A stretch of DNA of 64,000 nt from Candidatus Micrarchaeia archaeon (GCA_038874215.1 JAVZCV010000002.1:32001-96000); one strand, 5' to 3'. Counted from the stretch's first letter, positions 27,728 to 37,888 are shown. The notes: generated by a model from the letters alone, not told the origin. A program made the numbers and translations.

Positions 27728-28769
27728 AAAGCACTGGGCAAGCATGCACGTATTTACGCAAAACCTTGCAAAAAATCTGCCCTCAGGAGTGCATGTTTCA
27801 AGGCCATTCATCCCATACATAAGGCTCCCGCTCGCTTCATTAGAGCGCAGAAGCATATCCTTTTTCAAGCATATCGTCTATCCTAACGTTGCGCATATTT
27901 CACAGGGAGCAATAAACCACATCACAGACCACAGCTACTCTTTTTTAATAAAAAAAATTGACCCAAAAAGAACGCTTGTGACATGCCACGACCTTATCCC
28001 CCTTAATTTTTTTGAAGAAAGCATAAGGGATGCTTTTCTGCGCGATATATCGCCAATTAGGGATGCAGCAGCTATCGTAGCCGATTCTAAAAAAACAAAG
28101 GCCGACATAGTTGAAAAGCTTGGAATTGAAGAGAAAAAAATACGGGTTGTGCCGCTGGGTGTTGATCATGAACGCTTTTTTCCGTTTGATGAAAAAAGAA
28201 AGAGATGCACAAGAGCCAAATTCGGCTTCGGCTCAGAATTCGTAGTCCTGCATGTTGGCAGCACGCTTCCTTATAAGAACATAGAGGGCATAATACATGC
28301 GCTCTCGTTGATAGAGGATGAAATACTCTTTGTAAAGGTCGGTTGGGATTTCACTGCTGAGCAAAAAAAATTCATTGATAAAAAAGGCATCCGCAAGAAA
28401 ATATCTTATATCGGAAAACTTAAAGATGCCCAGATGCCCGAGATATACAATGCATGCGACCTTCTCGTTTTCCCATCCTTCAATGAGGGCTTTGGTCTTC
28501 CCATAATAGAAGCAATGGCATGCGGCCTTCCCGTCCTCACATCAAATAGCGGGGGTTGCGAAGAAACGGCAGGAGATGCAGGGATACTAGTGGAACCATC
28601 CGATGCAGGAGCGATAGCCGACGCAATAATGCAGGTTATGCAATCAAAGGATTTTGCATGCGAAATTTCCAAAAAAGGATTAAAGAGGGCAGCGGAATTC
28701 TCATGGAAGAGAACAGCAGAAGAATACATGCACATTTATACCCACATCATAAAGTCATTAAAGAGGTAG
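27672..28769 (+). CDS. Glycosyltransferase family 4
   Basis: TCHDL, KN and EGFGLPIIEAMACGLPV motifs. Confidence 0.92.
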   Translation: MRASYGGVSLIVSLFAPLEKHWASMHVFTQNLAKNLPSGVHVSRPFIPYIRLPLASLERRSISFFKHIVYPNVAHISQGAINHITDHSYSFLIKKIDPKRTLVTCHDLIPLNFFEESIRDAFLRDISPIRDAAAIVADSKKTKADIVEKLGIEEKKIRVVPLGVDHERFFPFDEKRKRCTRAKFGFGSEFVVLHVGSTLPYKNIEGIIHALSLIEDEILFVKVGWDFTAEQKKFIDKKGIRKKISYIGKLKDAQMPEIYNACDLLVFPSFNEGFGLPIIEAMACGLPVLTSNSGGCEETAGDAGILVEPSDAGAIADAIMQVMQSKDFACEISKKGLKRAAEFSWKRTAEEYMHIYTHIIKSLKR

Positions 28770-28773
28770 GCTA

Positions 28774-30195
28774 ATGCATGTCCTTTTCATATACCCCGAC
28801 ATAATATTTAAAGAGAACTGGAATGGGCAGTACTACTCGGGCATAGCTTACATATCATCCGTTCTTAAAGAAAACGGCCATAAAACCTCGCTCCTTCACA
28901 TAACACAGCCAATCAGGCGGAAAAATCTCATAGAGCTTGTAAAACGAGAGGTCAAGGGCGATACGATAATAGGCATTTCTTCTACAACAAACATGTTCCC
29001 ATTCGCTGCGAGATGGGCAAAATGGATAAAAGAAGAGTTACCAGAAACCACCATACTCTGCGGAGGAGTCCACCCAACCTTATCGCCAAAAAGCGTCATA
29101 AAAACCAGCAACATAGATGCCATTGTTGTTGGCGAGGGTGAATACCCCACACTAGAAATATGCGATGCGCTTGAAAAAGGAGCATGGATAAACGGGATAC
29201 CAAACGTTTGGGTTCGCGATGGGCAAAGAATATACGCAAACCCAACACGCCCGCCTATAAAACTTGATTCTCTTCCACTGCCCGATAGAAGCATCTTCAA
29301 GATGAGGGAATTGTTCTGGGAAAGACAAGGAATAGGAAATCTCATAGTTTCAAGGGGGTGCCCATATAACTGCGCATACTGTTGCAACCATGCGCTAAGA
29401 AAGTTCATGGGTTCGGGTGTGCGAATGAGAAGCGTTGAGAAGACCATAGAAGAGGCAAACCAACTTATAACAGAATATCCCTTCATAAAAAAGCTGCACT
29501 TTGATGATGACATATTCGGCTTATCAATTGGCTGGCTTCGTGAATTTGCAGAGAAATTCCCAGATGAAGTGGGTGTGCCATTCAGCTGCAACATACGTGC
29601 AAACCTGCTTACAGATGAGCGCATCGCACTTCTGAAAAAATCAGGCTGCTACCGTTTGCAGATTGGAGTAGAGAGCGGGAATGATTTCATACGCAATGAG
29701 ATAATGAACCGCAACATGAGCAGGGAAACGATCGTACGCGCATTTAAAAAAGCGAAGGAGGCGGGCTTTGAGACATATGCGTTCAACATGATCGGCCTGC
29801 CGCATGAGAATGCGGCTGCAGTTCTTGATACCGTTAAGTTAAATGCCGAGATAGAACCAGATATGTTCCAATGCTCAATATTCTATCCCTACCCCTCAAC
29901 ACGCCTTTACTCTCTCTGCCGCAAGGAAAATATGATAAGGCGCAGGCAGATGCATAGCTATTTCCGAGGTAGCATACTCAACCTGCAAGGCATGTCAGAT
30001 GCACAGCTTGAAGTTTTCAACAGATACTTTGAACACCTCGTTGCACTATATGGAGATGCGAAAGCAATCCCGAAGGTGCATAAGCTGCTTGATACCATGC
30101 TCTGTTCACGAGCGTTTCCTATTTTCGCAGGCAACCTCATCTCCTGTTACCTCTGGATGAAACAACTTCATCGTAAATTCTTTCAATCTCAATAG
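28774..30195 (+). CDS. Cobalamin-binding radical SAM protein
   Basis: GGVHPT..GEGE B12-binding region; SRGCPYNCAYC, DDDIF and GVESG motifs. Confidence 0.9.
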   Translation: MHVLFIYPDIIFKENWNGQYYSGIAYISSVLKENGHKTSLLHITQPIRRKNLIELVKREVKGDTIIGISSTTNMFPFAARWAKWIKEELPETTILCGGVHPTLSPKSVIKTSNIDAIVVGEGEYPTLEICDALEKGAWINGIPNVWVRDGQRIYANPTRPPIKLDSLPLPDRSIFKMRELFWERQGIGNLIVSRGCPYNCAYCCNHALRKFMGSGVRMRSVEKTIEEANQLITEYPFIKKLHFDDDIFGLSIGWLREFAEKFPDEVGVPFSCNIRANLLTDERIALLKKSGCYRLQIGVESGNDFIRNEIMNRNMSRETIVRAFKKAKEAGFETYAFNMIGLPHENAAAVLDTVKLNAEIEPDMFQCSIFYPYPSTRLYSLCRKENMIRRRQMHSYFRGSILNLQGMSDAQLEVFNRYFEHLVALYGDAKAIPKVHKLLDTMLCSRAFPIFAGNLISCYLWMKQLHRKFFQSQ

Positions 30196-31297
30196 CATGC
30201 TGGCTTATTCCAAAGCGCTTTGAGAATTCAAATGCCCGCCTGCCCATATCCATCGCTTTTTTCCTGTCAGCAAGCAGCATCACGATTTTATCCGCAAGTT
30301 CCTCCTCATCCTTAGGTTTTACAAGAAATCCTGTCTTACCATCTTCAACAAGTTCGCTGAACGCACCAACATCGCTTGCAACAACGGGACGTGCTGTTGA
30401 AAATGCCTCAAGTATCACAAGCCCGAACGTCTCGGGCCATATTGAAGGGGCAACAACAACCCTGCTTCTCTCAAAAAGCTTCTCCTTTTGCCTATCGCTT
30501 ATCTTCCCGAGCATTTTTATGCCATCAGCCCCAGTTTCTGTAGCCCAAATACCTTCACCCGCTATCACAAGTTTTGCATCGCTAACCCTATCGCGTACTT
30601 TTGAAAATGCTCTCTCTAGATAGCCTATGCCTTTAAGAGGATTTAATCTGCCCACATACGTGACTATTTTTTCAACACCCATGTACTTCTCGCCGATAGG
30701 CTCTATTCCATGTGGCAGATGAATTACCTTCTCGCTCTTTATCCCGTTCCTTATTAGAAGGTTCTTGACGAATAAACTTGGCGCTATGTACTTGTCTATA
30801 AACCTATCATACGGTTTGGTTGCGAATATCGCTTCCCGAAGTGCAAACAAGCTTCTGCCTGTTAAGGTGGTTGAGCAAAGAGAGCATATCCTAACCCCCC
30901 CCTTCATCTTCGGGCACTGTTCCCCGTCCGTAGTGTAGTATGTCAAAAGCGGGCAGAACATCCAGTGGTCATGCACCGTTAAAACTACGGGTGCCTTCCT
31001 TGAAACCCTACCAAGCGCAGCTAAAGAGATCCCCCAAACACCATGCACATGCACAACGTCAGCATCAATATCCAGCTTTATATCGGGGTTAAAAACATCC
31101 CTTCGCATTATCTGATCATGGCTCCTCCCAATTCCAACGACCTTGATTCCCCCTTCAATCTCCCTATCTTCCGTATCGCAGGCGAATATCGTTACCTCGT
31201 GTCTCTTTGCCAACTCTTTTGAGAGCGACAGGCAGTAGCGCTCGCTTCCTCCAATGCCTTCACCGCTAAACTTGTTCGTCAACTGAGCTATCCGCAT
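30137..31297 (-). CDS. Glycosyltransferase family 4
   Basis: GGSE, TVHDHW, YVGRL..KG and ETFGLVILEA motifs. Confidence 0.92.
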   Translation of the reverse strand: MRIAQLTNKFSGEGIGGSERYCLSLSKELAKRHEVTIFACDTEDREIEGGIKVVGIGRSHDQIMRRDVFNPDIKLDIDADVVHVHGVWGISLAALGRVSRKAPVVLTVHDHWMFCPLLTYYTTDGEQCPKMKGGVRICSLCSTTLTGRSLFALREAIFATKPYDRFIDKYIAPSLFVKNLLIRNGIKSEKVIHLPHGIEPIGEKYMGVEKIVTYVGRLNPLKGIGYLERAFSKVRDRVSDAKLVIAGEGIWATETGADGIKMLGKISDRQKEKLFERSRVVVAPSIWPETFGLVILEAFSTARPVVASDVGAFSELVEDGKTGFLVKPKDEEELADKIVMLLADRKKAMDMGRRAFEFSKRFGISQHAIEIERIYDEVVSSRGNRR

Positions 31298-31349
31298 TCT
31301 AACCCTCTTTTATACCACATAGGTTTCCTTCATTACTGCTTGCATGGCC

Positions 31350-31383
31350 GCCTTTTTCAAAAAAAGGCACAGCATCACCAAAA
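31350..31383 (+). repeat. Intergenic T/A-tract hairpin plus CACCAAAA, related to the tRNA-Glu intron element
   Basis: GCCTTTTT-CAA-AAAAAGGC-ACAGCAT-CACCAAAA. Confidence 0.45.
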
Positions 31384-31420
31384 CAATTTAATTAATTACA
31401 TATAAACTTATTTGGAGTCT

Positions 31421-32281
31421 ATGGAACATGAGTTAATAAGGATTTCACTTGCTGTGGCGGCGTGTGCGCTCGGGGCATACTACGATATTAAAAACAACAG
31501 GAATGTCCCAAACTGGGTTACATACTCCTTCGTTGCTATCGGCGTTTTTATAAACGCCATCCCCTTTGATCTTTCCTTTATCCTTCCTGTTTTTGCTGTT
31601 TCTGCCCTTATTTTCATTGTCGGCTATTTGTTCTACAGGCTTGGGCAGATAGGGGGAGCAGACGTTCTTTTATTTACCGGCGTGTCCCTCGCACTTCCGT
31701 ATCCCCCCTCGCACCTCTCTTCTACCCTTTTTGAATATCCCTTCATACTTCCTGTCTTCGTTGTTTCTGGTGTTCTGTTCAGCATTGCAATGCTCATAGC
31801 ATACGTGCCGCGTATTTTTGCAGATGTGCGTGCGCGAAAAGTAAAAACCAGCCCTTATGGCGTCTTACTCTCGCTCATCATGCTCCTTGCATACACCGCA
31901 GTCATCTATATGCTGGCCCAGATACTGCCATTGCGACCCCTCCAAATTCTCATTTTGGTTATCGTGGTGTTTTCTGCGGTTTTCTTCATGCTTTTCAGGG
32001 AGCACATAACCGAAAATTATGTAATAGAGTACGTCTCCCTTGAAGAAGTTGATGAGGAGGATGTGCTTGCGCTTGAAAAAATTGACAGCAAAACAATATC
32101 CCAATACAGCCTTAAAAGACTTTTGACTGCTTCTGAAATAGAGAGGCTCAAAAGAACCCCAGTCGCAAAGATGAGACTTCCCGTGTGTAAAAACATGCCC
32201 ATGTTTGCCCCATACCTACTTCTATCCCTCTTAATAAACCTGGTTATTGACCCATCCCTTCTGTTCGCCCCTGCATTTTAA
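31421..32281 (+). CDS. A24 family prepilin/prearchaellin peptidase
   Basis: AYYD...R.VPN, IGGAD and C-terminal PMFAPY motifs. Confidence 0.88.
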   Translation: MEHELIRISLAVAACALGAYYDIKNNRNVPNWVTYSFVAIGVFINAIPFDLSFILPVFAVSALIFIVGYLFYRLGQIGGADVLLFTGVSLALPYPPSHLSSTLFEYPFILPVFVVSGVLFSIAMLIAYVPRIFADVRARKVKTSPYGVLLSLIMLLAYTAVIYMLAQILPLRPLQILILVIVVFSAVFFMLFREHITENYVIEYVSLEEVDEEDVLALEKIDSKTISQYSLKRLLTASEIERLKRTPVAKMRLPVCKNMPMFAPYLLLSLLINLVIDPSLLFAPAF

Positions 32282-32319
32282 AAAGAAATCGTTATAATTA
32301 TGTGTGGTATTCTATCGGT

Positions 32320-33393
32320 ATGGCTGTTGATATAATAACCCACTCAATTGCGCAGATTGATGTACCACTGCTCACTACCATATCGTTTTTGATAAACCAC
32401 AAAATTTACGGCAATGTTTTCCTCTCATTTTTATTTTTATTTGCACTCATATCCTCAAAGAAGAAGGCATCAACCTTAATTTCAGTTTTTCTGACGGTTG
32501 TGCTTTTCATACTGCTAAAAGATTTCTATGGCATAGGAAGGCCGTGCTTTGCGATTCCATCAAAAGTCGCCTGTCCCACTGATTATTCATTTCCAAGCGG
32601 CCACGTCTCAATAGGCGCATGTTTAACCGCATCTGTGGTAGGAACTGTCCTGTTCATTCCATATCTCTTAATGCTGGTCCTCATTTCATTCAGCAGGATG
32701 TACCTGGGCGTTCACATGCTTAACGACATCGTTGGGGGCATAGTTCTTGGCGTATCCGTCTTTTTTGTAGTGGATAAGCTATTCACAAGGCTCATCAAAA
32801 AAGAGCAGAATATTGCATACGAGAAAGACGTGCTCGGAAGACGGCTCCTCCATATAGGATTCGGCACGATAGTTATCCTATTCATAATGCTCAGCAGCTA
32901 TCTGCCTTACGGGTTCTACATGCTTGAATTCATGCTCGCAATGTTTTTTTTGATTGGCTTTATCATTCTTGATGCAAAGCTGAAAGGAATTCAGCTACCG
33001 ATTATTGACTACCTTATAGACAAGCTTGAACGGCCGCATGCCTTACCCGCGGAGGGGGCATTCTGGTACGGTCTGGGCGTGTTGCTTGCATTCTCATATG
33101 TTGGCGAGCCAATTAAAACAGCAGCCGTTATATCATTACTCGCTTTTGGGGATGGGCTATCCACACTCATAGGCAGGAAAGGAAGAATACCACTACCATA
33201 CAACAAGAGAAAAACTCTTGAAGGCACGGCTGCCTTTCTAATAGGTGGTTCCTTATCATATTTTTTCGTAGGCCCTGCAGGTATTCTCCTCTCATTGCTA
33301 TGCGCGATTGTGGAGACTTTTTACTTTGGCATTGACGATAACTTCCTTGTGCCTCTTACTTGTGTCATCGTGCTGCGATTGGGGATCATTTAA
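32320..33393 (+). CDS. Fusion of a PAP2 lipid phosphatase and a polyprenol/phytol kinase-like domain
   Basis: N-terminal K......RP / SFPSGH / SRMYLGVH...D; C-terminal RRLLH, GDGLSTLIG, KTLEG and IDDN. Confidence 0.82.
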   Translation: MAVDIITHSIAQIDVPLLTTISFLINHKIYGNVFLSFLFLFALISSKKKASTLISVFLTVVLFILLKDFYGIGRPCFAIPSKVACPTDYSFPSGHVSIGACLTASVVGTVLFIPYLLMLVLISFSRMYLGVHMLNDIVGGIVLGVSVFFVVDKLFTRLIKKEQNIAYEKDVLGRRLLHIGFGTIVILFIMLSSYLPYGFYMLEFMLAMFFLIGFIILDAKLKGIQLPIIDYLIDKLERPHALPAEGAFWYGLGVLLAFSYVGEPIKTAAVISLLAFGDGLSTLIGRKGRIPLPYNKRKTLEGTAAFLIGGSLSYFFVGPAGILLSLLCAIVETFYFGIDDNFLVPLTCVIVLRLGII

Positions 33394-33417
33394 AATATTT
33401 GGATAAATACTCATTTT

Positions 33418-34083
33418 ATGGAATCCATAGCAGAAATTGAGAAAGAAGATGCTGCAAGGCGAGCACTCCAACTTGTTAAAAGCGGGATGACTATCGGTCT
33501 GGGCAGTGGCACAACATCAGAGATTTTCATAAAAATGCTCGGGCAACGCGCGCATGAAGAAAGGTTGAAAGTTAGGTGTATTGCAACATCCGTGCGCTCC
33601 GAGAAGGTCGCCAAAAGTGTTGGACTAAATGTTGTTGAGCCAAGAGAAATAGGGGCAATTGACATTGCTTTTGACGGTGCAGACTACGTGGGAAATGGTT
33701 TCTTGATAAAAGGCCTTGGCGGCGCTCTCACAAGGGAAAAAATCATCGCATACTGGGCGAGAAAATTCGTGGTTATGGTTGATAGCTCAAAACTGAAATA
33801 CCGAAACATTCTGCCTGTTGAGGTTTTGCCTTTTGCAGCATCTTTCCTCTTGAGAAGGCTTGGGGAATACGGGGAACCACATGTAAGAACCTATAAAAAC
33901 AAGGCAGCGCTGACAGATAACAAAAACATAATAGTGGATGTATGTCTCCGTAGAAAACCAACATCCTCATCAGCAAAAATACTTGAGAAGGAGCTCAATT
34001 CCATCCCTGGCGTTGTTGAAAACGGGATTTTCACAAGAAAAGCGCAAATCATAGTAGGAAGCGCAAAGCCCAAACATATTTAG
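33418..34083 (+). CDS. rpiA: Ribose-5-phosphate isomerase A
   Basis: GLGSGTT, DGAD, KGLGGALTREK and IPGVVENG motifs. Confidence 0.95.
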   Translation: MESIAEIEKEDAARRALQLVKSGMTIGLGSGTTSEIFIKMLGQRAHEERLKVRCIATSVRSEKVAKSVGLNVVEPREIGAIDIAFDGADYVGNGFLIKGLGGALTREKIIAYWARKFVVMVDSSKLKYRNILPVEVLPFAASFLLRRLGEYGEPHVRTYKNKAALTDNKNIIVDVCLRRKPTSSSAKILEKELNSIPGVVENGIFTRKAQIIVGSAKPKHI

Positions 34084-34121
34084 AAAAATCTAAAACAGTC
34101 GCCAACATCGGTAAGAAGCGT

Positions 34122-35132
34122 CTATCTCACCTCAACAGTCCTATAGACATCCATTTTTAACTCAAGCTCAACCTCTCCATGCCTTTTTAGGTTTGTTTCA
34201 AGAGCCCTTTTTATTTCAGAAACGCGTTCAAAAGAAAGCTCGTGAGGAACTTCAACGGTTGCCCTAACCACCATCTTTCCCCCTCTTTCCTCAATGCTCA
34301 ACTCCCTCAGTTCCGCTCCCTCAACTCCAAGAAGGTTATTCTTTATCGTGTTCCCCACCAACTCCCTTGTTTTGGCCGTCTGTATGCTCGTCACCATTAT
34401 GTATGCAAGCGGGATTGAAACAAGCCCCAATAAAACGAGAGATGTACGTATGGCCTTTATCGTTCCTTCCTCCTGCACTTTTGACCACTTCGGCCCGAAA
34501 CCCAATACCCAGAAAACAAAGGAACTCGCAACGTTTATCGCAATGAGGTTTGCAAAGAAAAGAAGAAATGCACCGATGCTTATCTCAAGGCTATAAAGCG
34601 CCAGCCCTATACCAACAACACAAAGCGGAGGCAGAAGCGCAGTTGATATCGCCACGCCTATGAGGCTGGCATTCATTCTCCGTGCTATTGCATATGCACC
34701 CGCTCCGCCAGCTGCGAGCGCAATCCCTAAATCAAGCAGCGTTGGCTTCGTCCTATTCATTATCTCTGCATGCGGTGCTGTTATCTGCCCGAAAAACATT
34801 GAATAGACTATTGTAAGCATAAGGGCTATCCCGACTGCAAGCAAAATGCCTTTCAGCTCTGCCTCCACAGACCTGTAAAACAGGGGCAAATCACCATGGA
34901 CCATCGCAAGAGAAATCGCTATCACGGGCGACATGAGAGGGGCAACAAGCATGGCTCCTATTATAACAGCCGTTTGCCCGCCTATCAACCCAAAACTCGC
35001 TATTATAGTTGATAAAACAACCATCGTGTAATAATCGGGGCATGGCTTCGCATCCTTCTCAAGCATGGCATAAACTTTAACTTTCTCCTCGGGATCAACC
35101 TGCTCTATCGGAAGAGGTATCCTGTCAAGCAT
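34122..35132 (-). CDS. TIGR00341/DUF389 membrane protein
   Basis: AVIIGAMLVAPLM.P and GVAISTALLPPL motifs. Confidence 0.88.
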   Translation of the reverse strand: MLDRIPLPIEQVDPEEKVKVYAMLEKDAKPCPDYYTMVVLSTIIASFGLIGGQTAVIIGAMLVAPLMSPVIAISLAMVHGDLPLFYRSVEAELKGILLAVGIALMLTIVYSMFFGQITAPHAEIMNRTKPTLLDLGIALAAGGAGAYAIARRMNASLIGVAISTALLPPLCVVGIGLALYSLEISIGAFLLFFANLIAINVASSFVFWVLGFGPKWSKVQEEGTIKAIRTSLVLLGLVSIPLAYIMVTSIQTAKTRELVGNTIKNNLLGVEGAELRELSIEERGGKMVVRATVEVPHELSFERVSEIKRALETNLKRHGEVELELKMDVYRTVEVR

Positions 35133-35163
35133 ACTGAAATCTACCCGATGCAGAATAAAAGCT

Positions 35164-36786
35164 TTATCTATACTTCAATGTCGCTTTGAGAAAAGCGAGA
35201 AAGAGTGGTGCGGGCCTCTCAAGCCTACTTTTAAATTCGGGATGTGCCTGTGTTGCAACACCCCAGCCAGTAGGCCATTCTATAACCTCAACTATCTTTC
35301 CATCAGGCGATACGCCTGAAATTATCAGCCCAGACTTCTCAAGCATGCTTACATAATCGGGGTTAACCTCATAGCGATGCCTGTGGCGCTCGCTTATCAT
35401 CTCGGCGCCGTTATAAGCGAGATGTGCCTTAGTACCGCCAATCAGCCTACACGGATACGCCCCCAGCCTCATTGTGGCACCTTTATCAATAATCGCCCTT
35501 TGTTCTGGCAGATAATCTATCACGGGATATGGCGTTTTCGGGTCTATTTCTGTTGAGTTGGCTTCTTTTAAGCCCGCAACGTTCCGTGCCCACTCAACAA
35601 CAGCAAGCTGAAAACCAAAGCAAAGGCCAAGGAATGGAAGTCCATTTTTGCGGGCATACTCAATGCAGCATATCTTTCCCTCCGCTCCCCTAACCCCAAA
35701 TCCGCCAGGTACAATTATCCCGTAGCAGTTTTTTAGTGCTTTTTCCGCATCTTTTATATCCTCGATCTCCGTGGTTTCTATCCATTCTATCTCCGCCCTG
35801 CATCCGAGCCGTGCTCCCGCATGGGCGAGTGCCTCCTTTATGCTCACATAAGCGTCTCTTAGCGTTGTGTATTTACCAGTTATGCCAACCCTCACTTTCT
35901 TTTTTGAGCCCTTTATTCTCAAAACGAGTCCCTTCCACTTTTGCATGTCCCCTCTCTTAGGTTTAATTCCTAGATTGTTCATTATCCTTCTTCCAACCCC
36001 CTGCTTCTCAAAAAGCAAAGGCACTTCATATATCGTATCAACATCGGGGTCGTCTATTATCGCGTTTTCAGGAACATTGCAGTAGATTGCTATCTTCTTC
36101 TTTACTTCTGGCTTCAGTTTTTCCTCCTCCCTGCATATTATCATTGACGGTTGTATGCCCATGCCCAGAAGAAGTTTTGTCGCATGCTGCGTTGGTTTCG
36201 TTTTCTGTTCCCCCGCTGCCTTAAGCATAGGCACATATGTTACTTGCACGAACATAACGTGCTTTTCCTCAAAAGCAAGCTGCCTCATCGCCTCTATGAA
36301 ATAAGAATTTTCAAGGTCGCCAACGGTTCCGCCAACCTCCACAAGCACAATGTCTGCATCAAAGTTATCCCCCACAGACCGAACCATGTCCTTTATCTCG
36401 TTTGTGAGATGTGGCACTATCTGGACATCGTACCCGAGATAACCACCTCTTCTTTCTTTCTCTATAACATATCTGAATATTTTACCCCCTGTCAGGCTGT
36501 TCGTTTTGTTCAGGTCTATGTTTAGAAACCTCTCGTATGTCCCAAAGTCCATATCGCATTCAGTCCCATCTTCAAGAACAAAAACCTCCCCATGCCTATA
36601 CGGGTTCATAGTACCGCAGTCAACGTTAAGATACCCATCAAACTTTATCGGCACGACACGGAACCCGTAGCACTGCAATATCTTGCCTATAGAAGCAGAG
36701 ACTATGCCCTTGCCAAGACCAGACATGAGAGAACCGACTACAACGATATAACGCCTTTCCTTCCTTCCTGCACCCTCACGTTGCAT
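35164..36786 (-). CDS. pyrG: CTP synthase
   Basis: SGLGKG, GTMNPY.HGEVFV, KTKPTQH, GLCFG, ERHRHRYE and HPEF motifs. Confidence 0.97.
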   Translation of the reverse strand: MQREGAGRKERRYIVVVGSLMSGLGKGIVSASIGKILQCYGFRVVPIKFDGYLNVDCGTMNPYRHGEVFVLEDGTECDMDFGTYERFLNIDLNKTNSLTGGKIFRYVIEKERRGGYLGYDVQIVPHLTNEIKDMVRSVGDNFDADIVLVEVGGTVGDLENSYFIEAMRQLAFEEKHVMFVQVTYVPMLKAAGEQKTKPTQHATKLLLGMGIQPSMIICREEEKLKPEVKKKIAIYCNVPENAIIDDPDVDTIYEVPLLFEKQGVGRRIMNNLGIKPKRGDMQKWKGLVLRIKGSKKKVRVGITGKYTTLRDAYVSIKEALAHAGARLGCRAEIEWIETTEIEDIKDAEKALKNCYGIIVPGGFGVRGAEGKICCIEYARKNGLPFLGLCFGFQLAVVEWARNVAGLKEANSTEIDPKTPYPVIDYLPEQRAIIDKGATMRLGAYPCRLIGGTKAHLAYNGAEMISERHRHRYEVNPDYVSMLEKSGLIISGVSPDGKIVEVIEWPTGWGVATQAHPEFKSRLERPAPLFLAFLKATLKYR

Positions 36787-36835
36787 ACTTCATTTAATGA
36801 ATAAAATTATTTAAACACACCTCATTCTCTAAATT

Positions 36836-37351
36836 ATGAATGAAAAAACCCGCAACATCCTCACAGTCATCGTCGGTATTATCCTTGGTACAGTCTGCGG
36901 CTACCTATTCTACTCAACATACAGGATAGACCTTCCCCTCTCAGTTTTCATTGGCCTCTCCGTTGCAACAGTCTTCTCGCTCACCCTATACTACATCTCC
37001 AAGGGATTTGATGAAAAAACCCGCAACATCCTCACAGTAATCATTGGCATTATCCTAGGAACGATATGCGGCTACCTATTCTACTCAACATACAGGATAG
37101 ACCTTCCCCTCTCAGTTTTCATTGGCCTCTCCGTTGCAACAGTCTTCTCGCTCACCCTATACTTTGTCTGGAAAGGCACCGAGGATAGCTCAAGGAACAT
37201 ACTAATAATCCTTGCGGGCGTCATCATCGGCGCAATATGCGGCTACATCGCAAATACTACATACGGCCTCGGTATTCTCCCATCATTAGTTCTTGCCGGA
37301 GTCATCGCGATATTTGCCCCAATCATCATATACTACGTATCCAAGGGCTAG
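36836..37351 (+). CDS. Membrane protein made of three 57-aa two-TM repeats
   Basis: EKTRNILTVI.GIILGT.CGYLFYSTYRIDLPLSVFIGLSVATVFSLTLY occurs twice, with a diverged third copy. Confidence 0.75.
   Translation: MNEKTRNILTVIVGIILGTVCGYLFYSTYRIDLPLSVFIGLSVATVFSLTLYYISKGFDEKTRNILTVIIGIILGTICGYLFYSTYRIDLPLSVFIGLSVATVFSLTLYFVWKGTEDSSRNILIILAGVIIGAICGYIANTTYGLGILPSLVLAGVIAIFAPIIIYYVSKG
36840..37348 (+). repeat. Intragenic tandem repeat, 171-bp period
   Basis: Copies start at 36840 and 37011 and are near-identical; the third copy is diverged. Confidence 0.9.
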
Positions 37352-37842
37352 ATGTCCTCAAAAATCTCCCATGCTTTCTTCCTCATCGTATCATCAACCC
37401 TTACAATCACGACCCCCTCATTCGGTTGCCCATAGACTATAAGCGTTCCGTCAGGTGCAAACATCATGGCAACGAGAGCAGCGAGGTCCTCCTCCCCCTC
37501 AACATAAACCTTTGAGTTCTCCCTGCTGTTTAAGACGGTGCGCATCACTTCAATGAGTTCATCGTTTATGGTGCCTGGTTCATTGACAACCCGGTATTCA
37601 CGGGCGCTGAACGCATCTATCGCCTTGCGGACTCTCTCATCAACAGGCATTCTCTTTATCTTTCTGTCATAAACAACAACGTGCGGCTTTATCCCACTCA
37701 AAATAACCTCATAACTGCTTTCATCCCCTATGCAGACAATGCTCTCGCCGCTTCCGATTTTTTTAGCAAGCGCTTTTGCGTCCATGAGTTCCCCAAAAGG
37801 TTTCCTCAACCGCTGCCGCATCTCCTCGCTGATTTTTTTCAT
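37348..37842 (-). CDS. GTP-dependent dephospho-CoA kinase (DUF359)
   Basis: LRKPFG, IGD, D.KIKR, NEPGTI, VEGEEDL and YGQPNEG motifs. Confidence 0.9.
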   Translation of the reverse strand: MKKISEEMRQRLRKPFGELMDAKALAKKIGSGESIVCIGDESSYEVILSGIKPHVVVYDRKIKRMPVDERVRKAIDAFSAREYRVVNEPGTINDELIEVMRTVLNSRENSKVYVEGEEDLAALVAMMFAPDGTLIVYGQPNEGVVIVRVDDTMRKKAWEIFEDI

Positions 37843-37888
37843 ACACATATATGGAAGCAATATAAATAATAAGAATGTACTCTGTTTG

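Noticed and set aside
36840-37348. Possible CRISPR array
   Set aside because: The repeat is 171 bp, in-frame and coding, with no unique spacers; no cas genes seen in the window.
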